A model generated the notes under the pieces. It was not told where the DNA came from. It was given only the letters and a program-made list of their open reading frames with translations, and did no database searches. Position numbers and translations under genes: made by a program. 64,000 bases of DNA from Octopus sinensis (taxonomy: Eukaryota): positions 26,846,001 to 26,910,000 of the forward strand of contig NC_043018.1 in assembly GCF_006345805.1 (NCBI RefSeq). Direction: 5' to 3'. Numbering within the stretch: position 1 is the stretch's first letter; the number at the start of each line of letters is the position of its first letter. This document shows positions 1 to 10,914 of the stretch, piece after piece.

Positions 1-617
1 CACACATACATACACACACATACATACACACACATACATACACATACATACACACACACACATACATAGATGCACACCTATGTTAAAAGTGCTGGCAAGT
101 TTGCATGACAACTATTTTTTTTCCTCAAATGAAAGGCGTGACCTCTAGGACAAAATTCCTCATCTTATAAAATGTGGCCCCAGTACACCCGAATGAAATC
201 GCGTTATATTAACCAAAATGTGAAAAGGGGTCTAAATGGGGCTGGAAGGGGATTAAAATTTAAAGGAGCGGGTGTTTAGCAATTCACTGTTACATCAAGC
301 TAAAAAATTTGCGCCAGCCTTTTAATCGTCAATGTGTTGCCATCCATGATTTTACGCCAGCCGTTAAACTGTCAAAACGTTGCTGTCTGTCGTTAAGAAA
401 TGCCAGCCATGCTGACTCTACTACCCTCAGATTCTATCCCTTCAAACTTTGGTTTCCAATATCTTATTTTTATTCAGCTTGCAAGTCCGTCTGTCCCTTT
501 TAAATGTTAGTGTTTTGCTGTCTGCCTTGAAGCAGACCTTTCCATTGTTACTGCCTGATATTTATGATTGATCTTTCTAAATATTTTATTTCTCAACTTA
601 CTCAAGATCTTTTGTTG

Positions 618-1112
618 TTTATAAATGGGAGAGAGATAGATAAAGATAGCGAGTAAGAGAAAGCGAGGGAGAGTCCGAGAGAAAGGAAGAGTAAGAGAAT
701 GGGGAAAGTGAGAGAGAAACAAAGAGGGAGAATCATCATCATCATCATCATCGTTTAACCTCCGTTTTCCGTGCTAGCACGGGTTGGACAGTTTGACCGG
801 GGTCTGGGAAGCCAGGAGGCTGCACCAGGCTCCAGTCTGATCTGGCAGTGTTTCTACAGGTGAATGCCCTTCCTAACGCCAACCACTCTGTGAGCGTAGT
901 GGGTGCTTTTTTTGTACCGCCGGCACAGGTGCCAGGGGGGCTGGCAACGGCCACGATCGGTTGGTGCTTTTTACGTGCCACCAGCACAGAAGCCAGTCAA
1001 GGCGGCGCTGCAATCGGCCACGTTCGGATGGTGCTTTTTACGTGCTGAAAGGAAGCAACAGAAGGTAACAACCACACTCTTACCCGCGCGTAGAGCGGGT
1101 CACCTTCAGCTA

Positions 1113-1113
<1 letters not shown>
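618..1113 (+). mobile_element. Helitron 3' part carrying a captured GA-rich segment and an antisense SINE-D fragment
   Basis: Ends in the hairpin ACCCGC-gcgtaga-GCGGGT, then CTAG|T. An inverted, highly similar copy lies at 60897-61374. Confidence 0.75.
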
Positions 1114-1155
<42 letters not shown>

Positions 1156-1400
1156 TATACGACAGGCTTCTTTCAGTTTCCGTCTACCAAACCCACTCAC
1201 AAGGCATTGGTCGGCCCGGGGCTATAGCAGAAGACACTTGCCCATGATGCCATGCAGTGGGACTGAACCCAGAACCATGTGGTTGGTTAGCAAGCTACTT
1301 ACCACACAGCCACTCTTGCGCCTATGCATTTGTTGTTGTTTCTGGCTGATAGGATGTGCACCAGAAAATGTTTCCTCTGAGGTATATTACAGCCTCCGAG

Positions 1401-1621
1401 GTGGCCGAAACGTTAGCACGCCGGGCAAAATGTGTAGCCGTATTTCGTCTGCCATTACGTTCTACGTTCAAATTCTGCTGAGGTCGACTTTGCCTTTCAC
1501 CCTTTCGGGGTCGATAAATTAAGTACCAGTTATGCATTGTGGTCGATGTAATTGACTTAATCCGTTTGTCTGTCCTTGTTTGTCCCCTCTGTGTTCAGCC
1601 CCTTGTGGGTAGTAAAGAAAT
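1401..1621 (+). mobile_element. SINE family A (tRNA-headed), 5'-truncated, with TSD
   Basis: 21-bp direct repeat AGGTATATTACAGCCTCCGAG at 1380-1400 and 1622-1642. B-box-like GTTCAAATT. Tail CCCCTTGTGGGTAGTAAAGAAATA. Confidence 0.85.
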
Positions 1622-2028
1622 AGGTATATTACAGCCTCCGAGCCTAATAAAAAAAAAAGCAGGGTCAGTTTGAACATAAAGCAGGTAGAATATTTTGGTA
1701 AGATATGGCTTGTTTAAATGCTAAAGGTTCAAAGTCATTCTCAAGACACCTGTTATAGAAATTCATTATTATTTCTTCAATTGTCCGTCAGGGTTAGCTT
1801 TGTCTCTTGTCCTTTCAGGGTGGATGAAATAAGTACCAGTTGAACACTAGGGGGGGGGACAATGCAATTGATTTACCACCCACCCCCTAAAAATTGCTGG
1901 CCTTGTACCAAAATTTGAAATGATTATTTCTTCAACAGTTTCATGCAAGTCTCTGCTGCTACACCTAGGGTACCTCCATGTTCCTCACAAGTGTGCGGCA
2001 TTGTGCTATTACTTTCAAGGGTGGTCAA

Positions 2029-2527
2029 TCATCATCACCATCATTGTTCGACCGTGGTCGAGACAGTGGAATTTACCATGCTACGCCAGACTTTACGGTC
2101 CATCATAGCATTACGGAGGTCTTGTTGCTGGATGCCTGTATCCCTGGAGATTACATCAGGGTAGGAGAGTGTGCGCCCTCTGGTATTGCGAGCAGATGGC
2201 TTCCAGAGGAGAAGAGTAGAAATTACCTCTTTTTCAGCTCTACAACAATGTCCAGGAAACTGGACTCTCCTACCTTTCACAAGAGATGACACATTGGTAG
2301 TTTCCCATATATTTGCATTTTGGTTGGATGGCGCTTCCACGAGAGATTTTGAGCTCTCATAAGGAGGCGAGTGTAGGTTCCATCCAACCGCCTCTCAAGC
2401 TTCTTTGATAACGTCCAGGTTTCTGAGCCATATAGTAGAATTGGTTCGACTGTGGCTTTGAAGATTTCAAGTGTGAAGTCTCTACTTAGATTTGATGACC
2501 AGATCTTATGCATGTCATTAAGACTAT
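2029..2527 (-). mobile_element. RTE-clade LINE, 5'-truncated 3' end (frameshifted ORF C-terminus)
   Basis: Encodes EIFKATVEPILLYGSETWTLSKKLERRLDGTYTRLL, then RRVQFPGHCCR...DRKVWRSMV in another frame. (GAT)n tail. 10-bp TSD GGGTGGTCAA at 2019-2028 and 2528-2537. Confidence 0.88.
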
Positions 2528-2778
2528 GGGTGGTCAAGGGAGTTTAGACACCTCCTGTTAGTGGACTGCATCAGTTGGTTTTGCCATGGGGTCCGGTTAT
2601 ATTAGTGTGTGTAATGTAAGTTGTGTATGGCATATTAATCCAAATGCTGCCAAAGTTGTATTTTATTATCATTTTTATTATTCTTTTAACTAAGGCAGCA
2701 AGCTGGCAGAATTGTTAGTACATAGGGCTAAAATGCTTAGTGGCATTTTGTTTGTCTTTAAGTTCCGAGTTCAAATTC

Positions 2779-5171
2779 CACCTGTAAAAAAAAAAGGTAA
2801 TATAAAAGAAGAGGCTCTCTACCCCTTTTTGACCAGGCTCCCGTGGCTTTTATGGGTTTTTCCACGAGTAACCTTTCAAAGCACCTTCCCCCTATTGGGA
2901 GTTTTATTTGTTATATTTTTTGTTGTTATTTGAATGTTTACACGGACTTTTCGTTTTCGCAAAACCCTTTATTTCTTTTCATCCTGTGTTTGTCCTTACA
3001 TTTTTTTGATTTATGTCAGCCCCTGTGGCCAATAAACCAGAATTATTATTATTATCATTATTATTATTATTATTATATTATCATTATTATCGTTATTGTT
3101 ATTATTTGTTTAGGTGGTGAGCTGGCAGAATCGTTAGCATGCCAGGTGAAATGTTTAGCGGCATTTCGTCCATCTTTACATTCTGAGCTCAAATTCTGTC
3201 GAGGTTGACTTTGCCTTCCATCCTTTTGGGGTTGAGAAATTAAGTACCAGTGAAGCACTGGGGTTGATTAAATCAACTAGTTCCCACCCTACCAAAAGTT
3301 TGGACCGTGTATCTACAGTAGGAAGGATTATTATTATTATGCCGGTGGCATGTAAAAAGCACCCACTACACTCTTGGGGTGGTTGGCATTAGGAAGGTCA
3401 TCCAACTGTAGAAACTCTGCCAGATCAAGATTGGAGCCTGCCCTCAGTCAAAATCGTCCAACCCATGCTAGCATGTAAAGCGGACTTTAAACGATGATGA
3501 TGATGATTATTATCATTAAAGGATTCACGTAACTCTTCCCATAGGTAAACAGACAAGACAAAAGAGCATGATGTGATTGCAATAGATGATGATGTCATTC
3601 CACCAATGTGTGGACACTGGTTGCTTTTGTCCATACTTTAAATCTAAATTTCTATAATTTTTAATTTTTATCACTTCTTATTTTGAACTCGACAAAGACA
3701 GGTTTGCTGTCAAGATATTGTTCAACCAATAAAATATCTATTGCAATCACATCGTGCTCTTTGTCTTGTCTATTATTATTATTAGCATATTTATTGAAAG
3801 GTGGGTGAATGTCAGAAGAATGGCCAGTATGAAAGGACCAATTCTGAGGATACACCTGTAAAAAAAAGGTAATATAAAAGGAGAAAGGGGTTCTCTACCC
3901 CACTTTTGACCAGGCTCCTGTGGCTTTTATGGGTTTTTCCATGAGTAACCTTTCGAAGCGCCTCCTCCTATTGGGAATTTTAATTGTTATATTTTCGTTG
4001 TTATCTCTGGAATTTTTACACGGTTTTTTGCAAACGGACAAAACCCTTTTTGTAACTTTCGTCCTGTATTTTGTCCTTACATGTTTTATTTGATTTTTGT
4101 TAGCCCTTGTGGCCAATAAACAAATGAATTATTATTATTGTTAGAACTATGGGTAACTGGAAGTGCCAAGCCAAACTCTACCTCTTCCTCACAAATTATT
4201 AGTCTTGTGTGTGTGTGTGTGTGGATGTGGTTTGTCATTGTCATTATAAAAAGGAATAGTAAAGGGACACCTTTGATGAAGTATTCAGATATGCACTGTA
4301 CCTTGAAAATGGTTACGGTTGAAAGGACTTGCATAGTTTTAAGTAGATCTTATACATTCCTTGTCCAGTAGTGACAGCAGTGGTAGTAAACGAGGTTGGA
4401 ATGCTTTTATAAAATTATGAAGCTTATAGGATTATGATGACTGGAATTTGTGTTTGTCTGAGTAAATATTTTGCTCTGTGTGAAATATTGAAATTTTTCC
4501 ATTTGCTTTTGTTTGATAGAATTATTTTATCCTACTCAAATCGACAGACCCTCCTGTTATCACTCTGGCTTAATCTTGGGTTCAGGAGAACTAGGTCAGT
4601 CATACTCTAAATATCATAAGTTAGACACAAAAAAAAAATCATTGAATTTTGCTGTAACATAATCTTGAGTCAAGGTGTAGAAGGTCACGCTCTAGATAAC
4701 ACAAATTCAGAGGAAAAAGATTAACTCTTTGTTACCATATTCCTGTTGAAATACATAGCTTTTGTTTCAGTCAGTTTTGAAAATAACGAAGAATTTAGTA
4801 AAGGAACTTATATTATTAAGCTGGTGTAAAGGTGGGTGAATTGTGCAAGAATGGCCTGTATAAATGGACCAATTCTGAGGTTTCGCCTGTAATTGAAAGA
4901 GGTATTATAAAAGGAGAAAGGGGCTCTCTACCCCACTTTTGACCTGGCTCCCGTGGCTTTTATGGGTTTTTCCACGTGAGACCTTTTCTTTTTTCGAAGC
5001 GTCTCCTCTATTGGAGTTTTGTAAACTGTTGGATTTTTTTTTCGTTGTTATAAAGCTTGTTTACACGGACTTTTTTCTTTCGAAAAATGGACAAAACCAT
5101 TTGTAACCTTTCGTCGTGTTTTGTCCCTTTATGTTTTCCAGTCATGTTTGTCAGCCCTTGTGGCCAATAAA
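2779..5171 (+). mobile_element. Three clustered 3' ends of a Tx1/L1-like LINE (2779-3036, 3796-4120, 4829-5171)
   Basis: Copies 2 and 3 encode ERWVNVRRMASMKGPILRIHL* and RWVNCARMACINGPILRFRL*, followed by a shared ~300-bp UTR ending CCCTTGTGGCCAATAAA. Copy 3 is flanked by the 20-bp repeat TTATTAAGCTGGTGTAAAGG (4813-4832, 5180-5199). The clade call is inference. Confidence 0.6.
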
Positions 5172-5195
5172 AGAATTAATTATTAAGCTGGTGTA

Positions 5196-5660
5196 AAGGC
5201 AGCAAGCTGGCAGAATCATTAGCACGCTGGGTGAAATGCTTAGCGGTATTTTGTCTGTCTTTACGTTCTGAGTTTAAATTCCGCCAAGGTCAACTTTGCC
5301 TTTCATCCCTTCGGTGTCTATATATTAAGTACCAGTTATGCACTGGGGTCGATGTAATCAACTTAATCCCTTTGTCTCTCCTTGTTTGTCCCCTCTATGT
5401 TTAGCCCCTTATGCGCAATAAAGAAATAAGAATCGTTAGCATGCTGGGTGAAATGATTAGCAGAATTTTGTCTGTCTTTATGTTCTGAGTTCAAATTCCG
5501 CCAAGGTCAACTTTGCCTTTCATCCCTTCGGGGTCTATATATTAAGTACCAGTTATGCACTGGGGTCGATGTAATCAACTTAATCCCTTTGTCTCTCCTT
5601 GTTTGTTCCCTCTATGTTTAGCCCCTTGTGGGCAATAAAGAAATAAGAATCGTTAGCACG
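5196..5660 (+). mobile_element. SINE family A head-to-tail dimer
   Basis: Two successive bodies joined tail (AAGAAATAA) to GAATCGTTAGCA, with a third restart at about 5649. Confidence 0.8.
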
Positions 5661-6670
5661 CTGAGGACGAAGAAGAGGGGGTGGGGGAAAGAGAGAAGGA
5701 GGGGAGAAATAGAGGAAGAAGAGGAGGAAGATGGCAATGATTCAAAAGAGATACAAATGCTTAACCCAAGTGCCAGCATGGAAAATGGACATTAAATGAT
5801 GATGATGATGATGATTTGTAACATTGTTAGCATAGAGATCAGAAATTAGACTTAGCTCTCAATATTTGAAAAACAATTCAAGCCATCTCCACCGATTAAT
5901 TGATAAGATATGACCAGCATGCTATGACTTGAGGTTCATCTGATGAATCTGATGAATAAGTTCATTCATATCAGTTCATAGGTAAACATCTAGTTATCAT
6001 TTTAGCATCCACTTTTCCATGCTTGCATGGGTTAGACAGAATTCGTTGAGGCAGATTTTCTGTGGTCTGGCATCTTTCCTGTTGCTCATCCTCACCTGTT
6101 TCCAAGTAAGGTAGTATTTCTATGTGATTAGGCAGATTTTCAGAGAATATTAGAGATGAGTGACACTGCTTGTATGACAGGGATGCTCATTTACAACTAT
6201 CACTTGATGTTAAGACAAGGAAACATAACATAAAATTAGACATGTGTGTATGTGTGTGTGAAGGTGGATGGCCTAGTTGTTAAGATGTTGCACTCAGGAT
6301 CACCAAATTGTGGTTTCAATTCCTTGACTTGGTGCAAGCAATGCATTGTGTTCTTCAACAGTACACATCAGTTCACATCGGTCTGCAATTACTTTGACAC
6401 CTGATGTGTAATACACTGTGTACCTGTACAGGCAATGTCGATCTGATAGAGGGCTTGAGCTTACGTGCAACACAAACACTTGATCATTATAAACAAATTA
6501 TCTGTGTGGTTGTTCAGCAAAAAATTGCAGAAACTCAAGTTAATTAGTAAAATAATTAACATTTCCTTTTTTTTCTTTTTTGCATTGTAAAGCTGGTGTT
6601 AGCAGCTTTTTCCTACGTGATACCTGTAAACCTACATTTGGGCCACCCTGCATATATATATATATATATA

Positions 6671-7071
6671 CTAGCAGTATCGCCCTGCGTTGCTCAGGTT
6701 TGTAAGGGAAATAACTATATAAGCATTTTTAGAGATGTAAAGTATAATAGCCATCTCAATACGGCTAACCACAAAGGGGGGGGGGTACTGTAGCTTTTTA
6801 CGTTCTGAGATTTAATAATACATTTTTAGAGAGTTACTTCCCTTATATAAAGCGAGCGAAAATGCATTAAAAATGCGGAAAAATTATGGTAAATTTTTTT
6901 TTAAATCATAGACTCATCGTAGACGTGCGCTAATACCCAGAAGGGCTCGATATGAATCACGACTATAAGATACCCGCTTTTGGTTAAACTGCATCGCAAA
7001 ATGTGGGAGTAGTTAGGAATCTAAATCGTAGGAGACAGACACCACACAACCTCACTTTTATATATATAGAT
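6671..7071 (-). mobile_element. Non-autonomous Helitron
   Basis: The minus strand reads A|TCTATATATATAAAAG...hairpin...CTAG|T, i.e. canonical TC and CTAG ends at an AT target. Confidence 0.8.
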
Positions 7072-7322
7072 ATAGACATATACATACACACACATGTATA
7101 AACCTATTTTTAATACATACATACACAATGTCATTTTTATGTTGGTATCTTTTCGCCATTTTACTATGAATCATTTTTTTCCTTTTGCATATTTTTCTGC
7201 TGTTTTTCTTTTGTTGTTTTTTTAGTTTTTTTTTTTTTGTTTGTTGGTTTCCATACTAAAATTTTTTTCCTTTTCTTTTCTCTCTTTTCCTCGCCCATCA
7301 ACAATGCTGCTACTGGTGACAG

Positions 7323-7711
7323 GTCTCTGTATTCTCTCCTGAAAATAAGGTTTAAAGTTCAGCAACACACAAAGAACCGTGAGACAATCGGTACACTCTT
7401 CAAGAAGGTTGCAGACAGCCATCCAAACAAAATCGCATTTCGCATTGAAGACAGAATCTGGAATTACCAGAATGTCGAGGACTATTCTAATACCGTTGCC
7501 AATCACTTCCTGCGAGCTGGCTACCACCCCGGTGACGTTGTGGCATTGTTCAAGGAAAGCTGCCCTGAGTATGTTTGCATATGGCTTGGTCTGTCAAAAA
7601 TTGGCATCATCACAGCGCTGATTAATTTCAATCTGCGAGGATATTCCCTGTTGCACTGCATAAATGATGCAAAACCCAAAGCAATTATTTGCGGATCTGA
7701 ATTGGCGAAAG
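7323..7711 (+). CDS. SLC27A1/4: FATP visible exon 1 (389 bp)
   Basis: Pyrimidine tract, then gacAG|G TCT CTG. Encodes [10 protein letters not shown]...[19 protein letters not shown]...IICGSELAK. Donor AAAG|GTAATG. Confidence 0.92.
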
Positions 7712-10700
7712 GTAATGTACCCTTTTAAATTTGAACTTGACCATTTTGTTACCAATATTTCTGTTGTCACATGTTGTCAGTGCTGCAATTAAATTTGAAC
7801 TTCGACCCATCCTTCGTTAACATATTTCTGTTGTAACATGTTCTTGGTTCTTCAATTAGTTTTGGTAAAAAAAAATTGAAGAATTTAGTAAAATGACTTT
7901 GTTGTTATCTATTCAGCTGGTGTTTGGAACATAAATTGACATTGAAATTTTGAAGGAAGATTTATTTTAACCCTTTAGCATTTAAACTGGCTGTATCTAG
8001 CCAAAATAATCTCCCTGTTTTATTTTCAAACTGACCAGATCTGTCCTCTCACACTTGGCTGGGTGTGCAATGTCAGTGTGCATGTACGACAGAGTATAAG
8101 CATCTTTAGAGAAAACTTGGGTATATGAAACACCAGCTGTGGTGTGCAAGAGAGTTGACTGCGCTGGTATGGTTATGTGATGTACATGGACGAGGACAGT
8201 TGTGTAAAGAACTGCTGATTCCTAGCTGTGGGGGGAACCTGTGGTAGAGGTAGACCCAGGAAAACAAGGGACGAGGTGGTGAAGCATGATCTTTGAACTT
8301 TGGGTCTCACAGAGGCAATGACTGATGATCGAGACCTTTGGCATTATGCCATGCCTGAAAAGAAGACCCATCAAACCAAGTGAAATTGTAATCATGGCAA
8401 GTACTGGGGTCATGCACCTGGCACCTGTACTAGTGGCATGTAAATGCACCCATTACATTCTCAGAGTGGTTGGCATTAGGAAAGGTATTTAGCCATAGAA
8501 ACCATGCCAAATAAGGCGGCGAGCTGGCAGAATCGTTAGCACGTCGGGCGAAATGCTTAGCAGTATTTCGGCTGCTGTTACATTGTGAGTTCAAATTCCG
8601 CCGAGGTCGACTTTGCCTTTCATCCTTTCGGGGTCAATAAATTAAGTACCAGTTATGCACTGGGGTCAATGTAATCGACTTAATACCTATGTCTGTCCAT
8701 GTTTGTCCCCTCTATGTTTAGCTCCTTGTGGGTAGTAAAGAAATAGGCATTTTGTCTGTCTTTACGTTCTGAGTTTAAATTCTGCTGAGGTCGACTTTGC
8801 CTTTCATCCTTTCGGAGTCGATAAATTAAGTACCAGTTATGCACTGGGGTCAATGTAATCGACTTAATACCTATGTCTGTCCTTGTTTGTCCCCTCTGTG
8901 TGTGGCCCCTTGTGGGTAGTAAAGAAATAAGAAACCATGCGAAATTAGACAGGAGTCGAGTGCAGCTCCTCAACTTACCAGCTCTGGTCAAATCGTCCAA
9001 CTCATGCCAGCATGGACAATGGATGATGATGGTGATGATAGATGATGGTGATGATTGATGATGATAATGATTGATGATGATGAATGATGATGATCATTAC
9101 TCTAAAGCAAAGCAATCACATCACTGAAATCTCAAAGCAACAACATAATTTCAAATGAATGTGGCTAAATAAGCAATATATTTGGCAGAGAAATCTGAGT
9201 GCTTAAAGGGTTAATGTAAATCACACACGCACGCATGCACACATATCGGGGCCTAGGAACTACATTGTTCAATATTTTTCTGCTTCTATTTCTAGCAGGT
9301 CAAATGATATCACAGAAGCTCTGTCATTGATACCTCGTTAATAAAAATCATTAAATATCCCAGTAACCCAGTTGTTCGATTTGAAACAAATAATGCAGCT
9401 ATTTCTGTCTACTTTATCGTGCTGAGTGATAAAACTGAAGTGTTTATTTTACCAATCTCATTATCTTTGAGTTTAATCAAAGCAAATGAAGTTGAATTGT
9501 GATTATCTATTATCTAATTAACCATCTCTTATTAACCCTTTACATGTCCAAAGCACTTTCACAAGTCTGCCCCAAAATATTGAACTTTGTTTTCAGGCTT
9601 TTGGGTAGCTCTTGTTTCATACACTCTGAGTAATATAGAGTTTTCTTTTCATAAGTCCCAATTTGCTCAGGTAGTTGAAAGAAAGTGGTACTGTGTATCA
9701 TATACGATGCATGGATGCTAGGGAACTATGCCCTGCCTGTCCAAAATGCCCAAGCTTTTTATCAGACTTTTCAGTTAGCCCTTGTTTCATGTTCTGAGTA
9801 ACATACAGCTTTCCTTTCATAAGACCCAAGGTATTCTGGTGATTGAAAAACAATATATATCAGATATGATGCATGGACACCAGGATATATGCCCTGTGTA
9901 TCACATGTAATATACAGGCCATGCCTGCCCAAAGCATTTTCATAAGTTTGTCCTAAACATCCTTGCTTATTTTCAGATTTTAGTTGGCCCTTGTTTCATA
10001 TGTTCTGAGTAACATAAAGCTTTCTTTTCATAAGCCCCAATTTACTCTGATGATAGAAAGAAAATGAGAATGTTATCTTGTATGATTTATGTATGCCAGG
10101 GAAATATGAAAATGCTTTGAGCAGACAGAACATAAGTCTGTCCAAAATGTCCTCTGCTTGTTTTCAGACTTTTTTAGGTAGCCCTTCTTTCATATGTTCT
10201 GAGTTCACATAAAACTTTCCTTCCATAGGACCCAAGTTATTCTCTGGTGATTGAAAAAAAAAATTGAGAATGTATACTATATATGATGCATGGACACCAA
10301 GGAAACATGTCCCATGTGTCACATGTGAAATATAGGACAGACAAAGATTTAAAGGGATCCATGGTTGTCTTCAGACTTCTAGCCCTTCTTTCTTGTGTCC
10401 TGAGTGTCATAAAGCTTTCCTTTCACAAGACCCAAGTTACTCTTTGGTGATTGAAAAAAAAAATTGGGAATGTGTATCATAGACTTCAGGAAAATATGTC
10501 CTGTGTATCACTTATATACAGAATGGATAAGGGGTTAATGTATATAATCTACTAGCAGTATGACCCAGCAACGCCGGGTCATAGTGCTAGTACATGCATA
10601 TATAGCTGCGTGCGTGCGCACATACACGCAAGTACTGTCCAAATCTCCAACCAATCACAATCAGCTAGCTGGCATTCAATTGGCGTATCAAGTTTCGGGC

Positions 10701-10880
10701 ATTTTGATTGGGTTTTGGATAGAAAATTCACAAAAGTCACTTCTATTGATTTTTTTTAATGGCTTTGCAGGGTGACTGGGGAAATGTAAAGATGTGCACG
10801 ACCACCCTTGGACGGTTTTGAATGACCATAGAAAGTGCGAGCCCTCTGACTGAAAAATTGTGGATTTGTATAAAGGACAT

Positions 10881-10914
<34 letters not shown>

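Noticed and set aside
1-7322. The missing first FATP coding exon
   Set aside because: No ATG-initiated hydrophobic N-terminal segment with a phase-2 donor was found. It probably lies upstream of the window.
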